From the IMG/VR virus record IMGVR_UViG_3300044261_000005, positions 1-26,823 of that record: a stretch of 26,823 bases of DNA; one strand, 5' to 3'. Of this stretch, positions 1 to 9,211 are shown one piece after another; positions within the stretch are counted from its first letter, which is position 1; the number at the start of each line of letters is the position of its first letter. This DNA comes from a virus. Its lineage: Duplodnaviria > Caudoviricetes. The position numbers and the translations under genes are program-made. The notes below the pieces were generated by a model. It ran no database searches, was not told the origin of the DNA, and was given only the letters and a program-made list of their open reading frames with translations.

Positions 1-1
1 C

Positions 2-184
2 CCGACCCGGATCTACCTGCGCGGTTTACTGCGGAACTCCCACACGATCCTCACTGTGGACGCCAATCAGGTGAACCCGGAGGAGTACGTCAACGACCCG
101 CAACTCCACGAGTGGGCAGCACAGGATGTCCGTCCCCCGCAGCCATACGATCCCCAGCGTGTTCGCGAGGGGACTTCGCGGTAG
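2..184 (+). CDS. 3' end of a phage structural (head/neck region) gene, truncated by the window start
   Basis: Frame 2 is open from the window edge with GC3-rich codons (PTRIYLRGLLRNSHTILTVDANQVNPEEYVNDPQ...REGTSR*) to TAG 182-184. It lies upstream of the tail operon. Confidence 0.7.
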   Translation, partial: PTRIYLRGLLRNSHTILTVDANQVNPEEYVNDPQLHEWAAQDVRPPQPYDPQRVREGTSR

Positions 185-230
185 AGTTCCGCTCGTCAAA
201 GTCTTCCTCCCAAGGGACCCTGACACCGAG

Positions 231-269
231 AGAGCCCCCGGCGACCGTGATGCGTCGGGGGTTCTTTCT
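231..269 (+). terminator. Intrinsic terminator-like hairpin
   Basis: AGAGCCCCCGGCG (231-243) pairs with CGTCGGGGGTTCT (253-265): 13 bp with 2 G-U pairs and a 9-nt loop, followed by TTCT. Confidence 0.7.
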
Positions 270-273
270 GCGT

Positions 274-308
274 TGACCCTGACGTGGAGTCCCACGAGGT
301 CATAGCGT
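274..308 (+). promoter_or_regulatory. Putative promoter for the tail operon with an overlapping dyad
   Basis: CTGACG (279-284), 18 bp spacer, TAGCGT (303-308). Nested inverted repeat TGACC..CGTGG-agtc-CCACG.GGTCA spans 274-302. Confidence 0.4.
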
Positions 309-366
309 GATCCCCAAGAGGAGCCCACTGCGGGGCCCTCCGTATTGCGGGTAGGGGCGGTGCGAA

Positions 367-696
367 ATGCCCGAGGGACTGAAGGCTGTGGAGTCAGCCT
401 TGGATCGTGTTGCCTTGCGCATGACCCCCGTCGTCCAGAACCGCGCTCTTGAGGCCGGATGGCCGGAGGATGTAGCAGCCAGCCTCTCCATGATTCGCAC
501 TGCGAACGGCATCGGCGTCCACGTCGATTCGGCGTTCCGGCATGTCGCAACAGATCTGGAGTACGGGTCGGCGAGCAGTGCTCCTCGATCCGCGCTGTCC
601 ACGCTGTACTCCCCGCAGACCAAGAAGATGATGGGCTCGCTGGCCCGTGACTCCATGGATGAACTCATCGACCGGATGAAGGGGATGTTCTCGTGA
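367..696 (+). CDS. Hypothetical virion morphogenesis (neck/head-tail) protein
   Basis: 109-aa ORF with a GTGA overlap to the next gene, located just before the terminator and sheath genes. Confidence 0.7.
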   Translation: MPEGLKAVESALDRVALRMTPVVQNRALEAGWPEDVAASLSMIRTANGIGVHVDSAFRHVATDLEYGSASSAPRSALSTLYSPQTKKMMGSLARDSMDELIDRMKGMFS

Positions 697-1379
697 CCCG
701 CACTCCTGTCCCCACCTACCCCTCCGAGGGCTTCCTCCTAGATGAGGACCGCGCCCTGCGCGACCTCATGAAGGGGATCGTGGTCTCTGACAACGAGAAC
801 TCCTCCCGCAACGTCGAGGCTTGGTTCGGCCATCCCGACATCGAACTGCGGGAGCAGAAGTACCCGTACATCACCGTCGATCTGCTGGAGATCCAAGAGG
901 GCACCGACCGGGTGCATCGTGGTGATCTCTGGCTGCCGGACGAGCCAGCGCCCCACGGACCCCCGGACTGGTGGGGCTACCCGGACCAGAAGCCGAATCA
1001 CCAGTGGCTCATGGAGATGCCGACCCCTGTGGACCTGATCTATCAGGTTGGGACGTGGGCCCGGAACCCCCGCCATGATCGGCAGATCCTGCGCGCCTGC
1101 ATTACGCGTGGACGCACCACCCTCCGTGGTGGCGTGATCGCCACGGCTGACGGCTACACCCGCCGTCTGGACTATCTGGGTCACATCAAGCGTGACAGGG
1201 AAGAGGGCGGCAAGCGCCTCTTCAACAACATCTTCCGGCTGCGAATGTCGTCAGAGGTCCCATACGGGGTTCTGGAGGAGTTCCGGACGGTGGAATCGGT
1301 ACACGTCAACATCCGCACCAAGGCAGATGAGTGGCGCGGGGCTGCGGCCCTCGACTCGGTGATCGTGACGGAGCAATGA
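693..1379 (+). CDS. Putative tail terminator / tail-completion protein
   Basis: 228 aa, immediately upstream of the sheath. Motifs such as YPYITVDLLEI and PTPVDLIYQV resemble tail-terminator/Pvc16-like proteins. Confidence 0.65.
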   Translation: MTRTPVPTYPSEGFLLDEDRALRDLMKGIVVSDNENSSRNVEAWFGHPDIELREQKYPYITVDLLEIQEGTDRVHRGDLWLPDEPAPHGPPDWWGYPDQKPNHQWLMEMPTPVDLIYQVGTWARNPRHDRQILRACITRGRTTLRGGVIATADGYTRRLDYLGHIKRDREEGGKRLFNNIFRLRMSSEVPYGVLEEFRTVESVHVNIRTKADEWRGAAALDSVIVTEQ

Positions 1380-1413
1380 TCGGCCTGTACGCATACTCGA
1401 ATGGAGAGATCTG

Positions 1414-2877
1414 ATGGCAAACACCCGTCCCGGCGTCTACGTCAGTGAGGCCCCCCTCGCTCGCGTCATCGCCAACCCCAACGCCTCTGAGACGCTCGGC
1501 GGCTTCATTGGGACTGCCCTGCGCGGTCCTACTACCCCGGAACTGGTCACGTCGTGGTCGGACTTCGTCTCGAAGTTCGGCACGTTCAGCGGAACGACCA
1601 CTCTGCCGTACGCGCTCTACCAGTACTTCAACAACGGCGGCGGGGATGCCTACGTCGCCCGTGTGCTGGCCTCCGACGCCGTCGCGGCCACGAGGGCGTG
1701 GAACTCTCGTCTGACCTTCACCGCCATCACCAAGGGCACTTGGGGCAACGCGGTGTCCGCCGAGATCACGCTGAACTCCGATCCTTCGACTTTCACCCTC
1801 GCCATCAAGGAGGTGCAGCGCGGCGTCACTGTGACGGTGGAGCAGTTCCGCGACCTCTCGATGGTCAGGACCAGCCCTCGCTACATCCTGAGCATCGTCA
1901 ACTCGCTGACCATCGGCAGCCAGTACGTCACCGTGACGGACACCCTCGCCAACGATGCGAACCTCACCGCCTCCCCGGAGGTCACCCTGACTGGCGGGTC
2001 CAATGGCGTCGCAGCGATCACCGCTGGGGACTACGGGACCGCGCTCGACAAGTTCGACCCCATCGACGCGAACTTCGTCTTCAACGCCCCCGGTCTCGCC
2101 GACGCCACCTCGCTGGTTACCAAGATCGCTGCCGGTCGTCAGGACTCGATCTTCGTCTGTGACACCGCTGCGAATCAGGCTGCGTCCATGGCGGGTGCAA
2201 CGCTTCCCTCCAGTTCCTACGCTGCGGTGTACTACCCGTGGATCTGGATCGCGGACCCATCGCCGGACGCGGTCAGGGGTGGGATCGTCAAGGTCCCGCC
2301 GGGCGCATCCGTCGCGGGCATGATCGTCCGCACGGACACCTCGCGGGGCGTCTTCAAGGCCCCGGCGGGTGTCGCTGCCACCCTCGCGGGGGCAGTTGCC
2401 TCTGAGACCCGGCTGACCAACGCGGAGTTGGACACGCTGGCCGGGATGAACATCAACGTCACCCGTCCGGTCCCCGGCTCGGGCATCGCGGCGATGGGCG
2501 CTCGGACTCGCGCCTTCGGGACCGTGGACCAGTACGTGTCGGTCCGCCGGACGATCAACTACGTGAAGAAGCGGGCGGCGGATGTCAGCCGGTTCGCGCT
2601 CTTCGAGCCCAACACCCCTCCGCTGTGGGAGCAGTTGCGTGTCGCCAACGGCGCGTTCCTGTCGGAACTGTGGCAGATCGGCGGTCTCGCGGGTCTGGAC
2701 TTCTCACAGGCGTTCTACGTCAAGTGCGATGGGGAGAACAACACCCCTGCATCCATCGCCGCTGGCGAGGTCCACATCGAGATCGGAATCGCTCCCGCGT
2801 TCCCCGCAGAGTTCGTTGTCATCCGCGTCGGGCAGTTCGAGTCAGACGCTTCCGTTGTTGTGACCGAGGAGGTCTGA
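1414..2877 (+). CDS. Contractile tail sheath protein
   Basis: N-terminal RPGVYVSE; GFIGTALRGP; YAAVYYPWI; RGVFKAPAG; YVSVRR; FALFEPN; C-terminal PAEFVVIR. These are typical sheath motifs. RBS GGAGAG upstream. Confidence 0.95.
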   Translation: MANTRPGVYVSEAPLARVIANPNASETLGGFIGTALRGPTTPELVTSWSDFVSKFGTFSGTTTLPYALYQYFNNGGGDAYVARVLASDAVAATRAWNSRLTFTAITKGTWGNAVSAEITLNSDPSTFTLAIKEVQRGVTVTVEQFRDLSMVRTSPRYILSIVNSLTIGSQYVTVTDTLANDANLTASPEVTLTGGSNGVAAITAGDYGTALDKFDPIDANFVFNAPGLADATSLVTKIAAGRQDSIFVCDTAANQAASMAGATLPSSSYAAVYYPWIWIADPSPDAVRGGIVKVPPGASVAGMIVRTDTSRGVFKAPAGVAATLAGAVASETRLTNAELDTLAGMNINVTRPVPGSGIAAMGARTRAFGTVDQYVSVRRTINYVKKRAADVSRFALFEPNTPPLWEQLRVANGAFLSELWQIGGLAGLDFSQAFYVKCDGENNTPASIAAGEVHIEIGIAPAFPAEFVVIRVGQFESDASVVVTEEV

Positions 2878-2881
2878 TCCA

Positions 2882-3532
2882 ATGCCCGGTACTTCGTCCG
2901 CGAACGCGGCACTCCCGATCAATGGTCGGGAGAACCTGAACTCGGACCCGACGAGGAACTTCCGATTCCTCGTGGAGTTCCAGCCCTACGGGACCGATCA
3001 CCCCATGAAGAAGGTCAACTTCGGATTCACCTCCGTGGCGGGCCTCTCCATGGCGGTGGAGTCGATCCCCTACCGCGAGGGTGGCATGAACACGACCCTG
3101 CACCAGATCCCCGGTCAGGCGTCGTTCTCCCCGCTCACCCTCACGCGGGGGGTCCACCTTGGCAACAGTCAGGCGTGGCGCTGGATGAAGCGTCTGTTCA
3201 CTGCGGTGGGTCCGACCACCGCCAGTGGCTACGCGGCCTACCAGTTCCGCACCTCTGTGACGATCCATGTCCTCCAGCACCCGGTGAACATGGGCAACGA
3301 CACGGGGGTCCCCGCCAACAACACGCTGGCGATGACGCGCAACGACCCCATCGCGGCGTCCTTCCGGGCCTACAACGCTTGGATCTCGTCGCTCGCGTAC
3401 TCTGACCTGAATGCTGGCGACAACGCCATCATGGTGGAGCAGATGACTCTGGTCCACGAGGGTCTGGACATGTACTGGGAGAAGAACATCGGCACCCAGA
3501 AGGCCGTGGGGTCGAGCCAGTTCCTTCTCTAG
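2882..3532 (+). CDS. Tail tube protein (T4 gp19-like)
   Basis: DP.RNFRFLVEF, GFTSVAGL, IPYREGG, PGQASFSPLTLTRG, SDLNAGDNAIMVEQMTLVHEG; directly follows the sheath. Confidence 0.92.
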   Translation: MPGTSSANAALPINGRENLNSDPTRNFRFLVEFQPYGTDHPMKKVNFGFTSVAGLSMAVESIPYREGGMNTTLHQIPGQASFSPLTLTRGVHLGNSQAWRWMKRLFTAVGPTTASGYAAYQFRTSVTIHVLQHPVNMGNDTGVPANNTLAMTRNDPIAASFRAYNAWISSLAYSDLNAGDNAIMVEQMTLVHEGLDMYWEKNIGTQKAVGSSQFLL

Positions 3533-3553
3533 GCACACAACAAGGGAGCACAG

Positions 3554-4360
3554 ATGACGACGATGAGCATCAACGATCCATCGATCCAGAAGGTGATCGA
3601 GGACGCCAACCGGGGATCACTCGAAGCCCCAGACGGCCCCCCGATTGTGGGTCCGCCGGATCCGGTGTTCAGGTTCGCCGCTGGCTACATGACAGACGAC
3701 GGGGAGTGGACCAAGGAGTTCGAGGTCCGCGAACTGACTGGTCGCGACGAGGAGGCGCTCGCTCGGATTCCCGATGTCGGGCGCTCCCTCGTGGCGATGA
3801 TCGAGCGGGGAGTCGTTCGGCTGGGTCCGGACCCAGCCACACCTGAGCGGCTGGACAGCCTGTACGGGGGTGACTGGGACACCGTCCTTCTGGCCGTCCG
3901 GGCAGTCACCTTCGGGGAGGAACTCGAACTCAAGCCGACCTGCAAGGGGTGTGGCTCCTCTTACGAGGTGACGGTCAACATCCTGAAGGATCTCCCTGTT
4001 CGCACTGCGAATCCGGAGGATCTTGCGTGGACCGTCGAAGGTCGGCGTCACGTCTACGAGATGACCCTCTACTCCGGGGCCACCCAGCGCACCATCTTCG
4101 ACCTGATGGGCGAGGGCAAGTCCATCGCAGTCATCAACACAGAGGTGCTGCACGACAGCATCCAGCAGATCGACGGGATGCCGGTGCTGGGCCGGGACAC
4201 CGTTCGGGACATCCCGCTGGCGGACAGGCGGGCACTGCTGGACTCAATTCAGGAACGACGGGTGGGGCCAGACCTTCAGGGGGTGAAGATCAAGTGCCCC
4301 ACTTGCAGCCACGAGCAGGGGTTCCCTCTCAACGCTGCCGCCCTGTTTCAATGGAACTAA
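3554..4360 (+). CDS. Tail assembly chaperone / baseplate hub assembly protein (T4 gp26-like)
   Basis: Lies between tube and tape measure; VRELTGRDEE, VRAVTFG and two CxxC pairs (CKGC, CPTC). Confidence 0.8.
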   Translation: MTTMSINDPSIQKVIEDANRGSLEAPDGPPIVGPPDPVFRFAAGYMTDDGEWTKEFEVRELTGRDEEALARIPDVGRSLVAMIERGVVRLGPDPATPERLDSLYGGDWDTVLLAVRAVTFGEELELKPTCKGCGSSYEVTVNILKDLPVRTANPEDLAWTVEGRRHVYEMTLYSGATQRTIFDLMGEGKSIAVINTEVLHDSIQQIDGMPVLGRDTVRDIPLADRRALLDSIQERRVGPDLQGVKIKCPTCSHEQGFPLNAAALFQWN

Positions 4361-4517
4361 GCACTCCTACGGATCACTGACTCTCCTGTATGACGCACTG
4401 GCTCGGAAGTACCCCGGTTGGTCCTTGAGTGAGATCAGGGACCTGACCAGCCGGGAACGCAACAACTGGTTCGAGATACTTCGATGGCGTCGAATGCGGG
4501 AGGTGAATCGTGTCTGA
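4347..4517 (+). CDS. Second tail-chaperone ORF, probably reached by a +1 frameshift
   Basis: The +1 frame reads FNGTKHSYGSLTLLYDALARKYPGWSLSEIRDLTSRERNNWFEILRWRRMREVNRV* (TGA 4515-4517). GWSLSEI..L...ER..W resembles post-frameshift chaperone segments. There is no in-frame ATG/GTG ahead of the motif. Confidence 0.7.
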   Translation, partial: FNGTKHSYGSLTLLYDALARKYPGWSLSEIRDLTSRERNNWFEILRWRRMREVNRV

Positions 4518-6351
4518 GGACGCGACGTTCAGTGGGATGAGCAGCACTGGCGACGCCGCTGAAGCCTTCGCCAAGGTCACGTCCCAGATCAAGTCCGACA
4601 TGGCGGCGATGGAGAAGTCCGCCAAGAACATCGAGCAGCATCTGGGCAAGGCGTCCAAGCACTCGCTAGGCGGCGGGGGAGCGGGCAGCGCCGACAAGGG
4701 TTCGGGAGGCACAGGAGACGCAGCCCCTGCCTTCACCGGATCCTCTCTGGGCGCGATCTCGTCCCAGTTGGGCGGGGCAAAGGGCATGGGATACGGCGCT
4801 GCCTTCAGCGGCGGGGCGCTCGCTGGGGCTCTCGGCGGCTTCGGTGGCGCAGGGACCCTCGCGGGCGGCATCGCCCTCGCTGGCCTGCCTGATCTGGTCA
4901 TGCGTCCAGAGCGTGCTCTGAACATGGAGGGTGCCCGATTCGGGATGGCTCAGGCCACCGGATCGTTCGGCACCTTCCAGAACATGATGAACACGGCTCG
5001 CAACCAGTTCAACGTGCAGAACGAGCAAGCGTTCATGAACACCATGGTCTACGGCACCCAGCGCATGGGCATGGTGGGTCTGGCCGGTGGGGAGCAGAGG
5101 GCTGCCTCGCAGATTGGTGGGTACAACACCCTTGCGGGGATGGCTGGGATCGATCAGTCCATGGTGCCGGGCGTCATGGGGTCCATGAACTCCGCTCAGG
5201 CGTACTACTCCTCCATGGCTGCCGGGGTGGCAACGAGGAACCCAGTGACCGGGGAGTTGCTCGGCATCGAAAGTCAGGTCAACCAACTCTGGGGATCCGC
5301 TGGGATTCAGGGGATGGGACAGAAGCAGGCCCTCGACCAGATCGATATCAACTACGGCGCGGGGTCAGCGGGACGTGCCCAACTGGAACAGATGTACGGC
5401 GGGGACCAGAACGCCGTCAACATGGTCATCGAGGGTTTGCGCATCCGGGCTCGTCAGGGTGGGGATCCTCTCAAGGAGAACCAAGTCCAAGATCAGGTCA
5501 AGGGCAAGGCGGGGGGTCTCGGCTCGGAGTACACGCAGGGCATGGAGGGAACGCGAGGGCTGGAAAGTTCCAAGATGGCGATGGGGGCGGAGTACCTCAA
5601 CGACGCCACCGCTGGCATCGAGGAGGCTGCCAAGCACATCACCAACGCGGTGGACCTCCTCACGGAACTGGAGGGCCCCCTGCGGGACATGGTCGGGGCC
5701 TACACCACGATGGCGAACCAGATGGATGTCTTCAAGACGGAACTCCCCAGAGCCACTGACGGAGTCACCTCCTTCTTCACCGGGCTACCCGGACTGTTCA
5801 CGTCCTTCATCATGGGAGCGTTCGGGAAGTCCATGCTGGCCCGCCTTGGTATTGGGGCTGCGACCAGCGGAGTCGCCGGGTCTGCCCTCGCGGCTGCTGC
5901 CCCTGTCTTGGCTGTCGGCGCTGTCGCTGCGGGAACGGTGGCTGGTGTCGGTCTAGCGGGCAAGTGGGCGGTCAACAGGTTCACCGACTACGACGAGCAC
6001 AAGGGAGCCGACGCGAACAAGGCCATCGCAACCCAGCCCTACGTCCCCCGCGCTTCCGGGTACGGCTCCTACTCCAAGGGCGAGTGGTTCGTGGAGTCAG
6101 ATCAGGTCGCTCAGATCCACTACGGCGAGATGGTGGTCCCCAACCGGATCGCCACGGCTGTGCGCGAGGAACTGGCCGTGGGAAAGACCTCTCCGGTAGC
6201 CAAGAAGGAAGGCACCATCGTCAACATCAACTTGACGATCCAGAAGGCGTCAGACCAAGAGGCTGTGTACTTCGCTCAGAAGGTCAAGCGACTGATCGAG
6301 GATGACCGGGAACTCATGTCGATTGGGTCCGGGAGGATGGGCTATGCGTGA
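4510..6351 (+). CDS. Tape measure protein
   Basis: 613 aa, Gly/Ala/Met-rich and helical, following the chaperones. C-terminal YSKGEWFV..DQVAQIHYGEMVVP motif. RBS GGGAGGTG before the GTG. Confidence 0.85.
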   Translation: MSEDATFSGMSSTGDAAEAFAKVTSQIKSDMAAMEKSAKNIEQHLGKASKHSLGGGGAGSADKGSGGTGDAAPAFTGSSLGAISSQLGGAKGMGYGAAFSGGALAGALGGFGGAGTLAGGIALAGLPDLVMRPERALNMEGARFGMAQATGSFGTFQNMMNTARNQFNVQNEQAFMNTMVYGTQRMGMVGLAGGEQRAASQIGGYNTLAGMAGIDQSMVPGVMGSMNSAQAYYSSMAAGVATRNPVTGELLGIESQVNQLWGSAGIQGMGQKQALDQIDINYGAGSAGRAQLEQMYGGDQNAVNMVIEGLRIRARQGGDPLKENQVQDQVKGKAGGLGSEYTQGMEGTRGLESSKMAMGAEYLNDATAGIEEAAKHITNAVDLLTELEGPLRDMVGAYTTMANQMDVFKTELPRATDGVTSFFTGLPGLFTSFIMGAFGKSMLARLGIGAATSGVAGSALAAAAPVLAVGAVAAGTVAGVGLAGKWAVNRFTDYDEHKGADANKAIATQPYVPRASGYGSYSKGEWFVESDQVAQIHYGEMVVPNRIATAVREELAVGKTSPVAKKEGTIVNINLTIQKASDQEAVYFAQKVKRLIEDDRELMSIGSGRMGYA

Positions 6352-7648
6352 CAACCCATCGTCTGGCGGGGGCAGCATCACGATCACGAGCCCTTCCTAC
6401 TCACCCACAGCCGGTCCTACTACAGGGACCAGTGATGCCTCGGGCGGAACCGGTACGGCGGAGATCCAGAACTTCGATGCGTCGGGTCTCCCCTTCCGGT
6501 TCAACCCTCCGATGCACAAGATGTCGCGGCTGGTGCGTCCGGACCTGACTGGGGCCTCCCCGAAGAGTTCCTTCGCCCGGTTCTACAACGAGGAGCACAA
6601 CACCTACGACTCCGATTTCGCAGTGCGAAACGGGAACGGCAAGACGGGGTTCGAGAACCTCCGACTAGGTCGCATCGTCATGGACGACATGGCGATCACT
6701 CGGGGGATCATCGAGGGTGGCAAGAGGTACGGCTTCCGGTTCCTCTACAACCCGGCGGAACTCAGCGGGACCCTGAACGTGGGAACGTCGTTCATCCCTG
6801 ACCAGCGGGCTACCAACACTGCTGTCCTCCAGAGCGGTCTGGAGACGATCACGTTCGAGGTGATGCTCAACCGGATCCCTGATGTGACCAGCAAGGCGAC
6901 GACCTCGGACTACTCCCCGCAGATCTCGAAGGATGATCTGAAGCAGATCAAGGAGCGAGGGACCCACTACGACCTCGACTTTCTGTACCGCTGCGCGAGC
7001 GGGGTTCACAACACGAGGGCCCGACAGAAGACTGGAGACATCGGAGTCCTTCTACCGAACCCCTGCCGACTGGTCCTTGGCCCCTATACCTCTCGTGGGG
7101 CTCTGGTCAGCGTGGCAGTGACCGACACCCTCTTCTCGGGGGACTTGGTTCCCACCGTCTCCTACGTCAACATCACCTTCGCCCGGTTCCTGAACATGGC
7201 CCCCTCAGATCAGACGAGGCTGGAGTCCTACGGGATCACTCGGGAGGGTGGAGCAGAGACCAGCACTGTCGATCCGCCCTCCAGTGTCGGCGGGTACGGG
7301 AAGTCCCTGACGGGCAAGTCCGTCTATGACTACGCGAAGGGCGCGGGGTTCTCCTCCACGGAGGCGGACACCATGACGAAGATCGCCAACAGGGAGTCCA
7401 ACTGGAACACGCACGCCCACAACGGCAACGCGGGCACCGGGGACAACTCGTATGGACTGTGGCAGATCAACATGCTCGGGTCCATGGGGACCTCCCGGCG
7501 TAAGGCGTTGGGGATCTCCAACAACGAGCAACTGTTCGATCCTGCGACCAATGCGCGAGCAGCCCGGATGATCTACAAGAGTCAGGGCTACGGGGCATGG
7601 TCGGTCTACAAGAACGGCTCCTACAAGCAGGTCGCGAAGACGTGGTGA
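6344..7648 (+). CDS. Baseplate/tail-tube initiator-like protein with C-terminal lysozyme-like (transglycosylase) domain
   Basis: ATG 6344 follows GGGAGG and overlaps the TMP stop. N-domain YGFRFLYNP...ITFEVMLNR; C-domain IANRESNWNTHAHN..GDNSYGLWQINM..LFDPATNARAA..GYGAWSVY. Confidence 0.8.
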   Translation: MRDNPSSGGGSITITSPSYSPTAGPTTGTSDASGGTGTAEIQNFDASGLPFRFNPPMHKMSRLVRPDLTGASPKSSFARFYNEEHNTYDSDFAVRNGNGKTGFENLRLGRIVMDDMAITRGIIEGGKRYGFRFLYNPAELSGTLNVGTSFIPDQRATNTAVLQSGLETITFEVMLNRIPDVTSKATTSDYSPQISKDDLKQIKERGTHYDLDFLYRCASGVHNTRARQKTGDIGVLLPNPCRLVLGPYTSRGALVSVAVTDTLFSGDLVPTVSYVNITFARFLNMAPSDQTRLESYGITREGGAETSTVDPPSSVGGYGKSLTGKSVYDYAKGAGFSSTEADTMTKIANRESNWNTHAHNGNAGTGDNSYGLWQINMLGSMGTSRRKALGISNNEQLFDPATNARAARMIYKSQGYGAWSVYKNGSYKQVAKTW

Positions 7649-7652
7649 TGAG

Positions 7653-8948
7653 ATGAGGATGCCAGTCGATCCCGGAGGGTCAATCGTAGAGTCGGAGGCG
7701 GCGGAGGTAACCCCAGCGTCAGACGCAGAGAAGTCCGCTGACATCTCTCACAAGACATTCCGGTTCAACCCCCCGATGCACAGCGCGAACCTCTCGGTAC
7801 GCCCGGACATGGGGAACGTGGGGCAGACCGCCTCCCAGTTCTACGACGAGAAGACTGCGCCGTCGGGCTACACGGACAAGTGGGCTAAGGAGGGTCTGGG
7901 CACCCTGCGTCTGGGTCGGATCATCCAGCACTCTGTCGTCCCCGGACCTGCTGGACAGATGTCCCGTCGATGGGGATTCCGGTTCCTCTACAACCCGACG
8001 ACGATCTCGACGGCTGCATCGCGAAACGACTCCTTCGTCATCGACCCCCGCAGTGAAACCAATCAGGTCGTCTCGGGTGTGAGCCAGAACTTCCAGACCG
8101 TCTCCTTCACCGTGCTGCTGGACCGGCTTCCGGACATCGCCTCAGGGATACCCAATGGTGGGAAGAACCAGTACTCTCCCAGCCTCAGCAAGTCAGACCG
8201 GGATGGGATCCTCCGGTACGGAACCCACTGGGATCTGGAGGCCCTGTTCAAGGTCTGCAACGGCGACTGGAACCTCACCGACCGGGGCAAGACCGCCAAC
8301 ATCGGGGTCCTCATGCCCAGCAACGCACGTCTCATCCTCGGGTCAGGAGTCAACTTCTACGGCTTCGTCATGGGAGTGACGTGGAAGGACGAGATGTTCC
8401 TCGGGAACATGATCCCGGTGCGCACTCGGGCGGACATCACCTTCCGCCGACATGTGGACATGACCATCGATCAGGCGAAGGCTGCCTTCCCCGGAATGGT
8501 CTCCGACGCGACGGATTCCCCGGCTGATCCGAACTCGGGTAGCGGAGACAGTTCTGTTGGGAACAATCGGGATGCACCCGTGCCCGGCCACAATCGGGTC
8601 ACGACTGGGTTCTATGGGTACTCGGGCCATAACGGGTGGGACTACGCCGTCCCCACGGGGACATCTGTCCACGCGACGCATGGTGGGGTGGTCGAGAGGA
8701 TCCGGTACCTCACCAACTCGTACGGGAAGCATGTGTTCGTGCGGTACGGGAACGTCCAGATGATCTACGCCCACCTGAGTGCCATCAACTCAGGTCTTCG
8801 GGAGGGCGCATCCATCAACTCTGGGGACTACATCGGCAAGTCCGGGAGCACCGGGAGATCGACTGGTCCTCATCTTCACTACGAAGAGCGAGTGTCCGGA
8901 ACCTCCCGGATCCCACAGTTCGCGAACAACACCGGAAGGGTCCGCTGA
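7653..8948 (+). CDS. Baseplate/tail-tube initiator-like paralog with C-terminal M23 peptidase domain
   Basis: Shares its N-domain with the preceding gene. The C-domain has the M23 zinc motifs HNGWD (HxxxD), YAHLS and STGPHLHYE (HxH). Alternative start ATG 7659. Confidence 0.85.
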   Translation: MRMPVDPGGSIVESEAAEVTPASDAEKSADISHKTFRFNPPMHSANLSVRPDMGNVGQTASQFYDEKTAPSGYTDKWAKEGLGTLRLGRIIQHSVVPGPAGQMSRRWGFRFLYNPTTISTAASRNDSFVIDPRSETNQVVSGVSQNFQTVSFTVLLDRLPDIASGIPNGGKNQYSPSLSKSDRDGILRYGTHWDLEALFKVCNGDWNLTDRGKTANIGVLMPSNARLILGSGVNFYGFVMGVTWKDEMFLGNMIPVRTRADITFRRHVDMTIDQAKAAFPGMVSDATDSPADPNSGSGDSSVGNNRDAPVPGHNRVTTGFYGYSGHNGWDYAVPTGTSVHATHGGVVERIRYLTNSYGKHVFVRYGNVQMIYAHLSAINSGLREGASINSGDYIGKSGSTGRSTGPHLHYEERVSGTSRIPQFANNTGRVR

Positions 8949-9211
8949 TGATCACCAGTCGCTCGCGCTACGTGGACGGATCCATCATCCCGCAGGAGGA
9001 CGGCACGGTCGCCGTTCGCCGGAACTTCGCTACCGTCACGATCCAGCCCATGTTCTACACATGGGGTGAGTACGACCGTCTGGATCGCATCGCCTCGCGG
9101 TACCTCGGTGATCCGCTCCTGTGGTGGAAGATCATGGACGCGAACCCCATCATCCAGAACCCCTCGGACATACGACCGGGGACGCAAATCCGGATACCCG
9201 CCGATGTTTAG
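8948..9211 (+). CDS. LysM-like / P2 gpX-like baseplate protein
   Basis: ATG overlaps the upstream TGA; 87 aa with DRLDRIASRYLGDPLLWWKIMDANP...PGTQIRIP. Confidence 0.88.
   Translation: MITSRSRYVDGSIIPQEDGTVAVRRNFATVTIQPMFYTWGEYDRLDRIASRYLGDPLLWWKIMDANPIIQNPSDIRPGTQIRIPADV

Noticed and set aside
3949-4380. Canonical -1 frameshift product of the tail chaperone
   Set aside because: The -1 frame terminates at 4380 and I see no XXXYYYZ heptamer near the stop. The conserved-looking motif is in the +1 frame.
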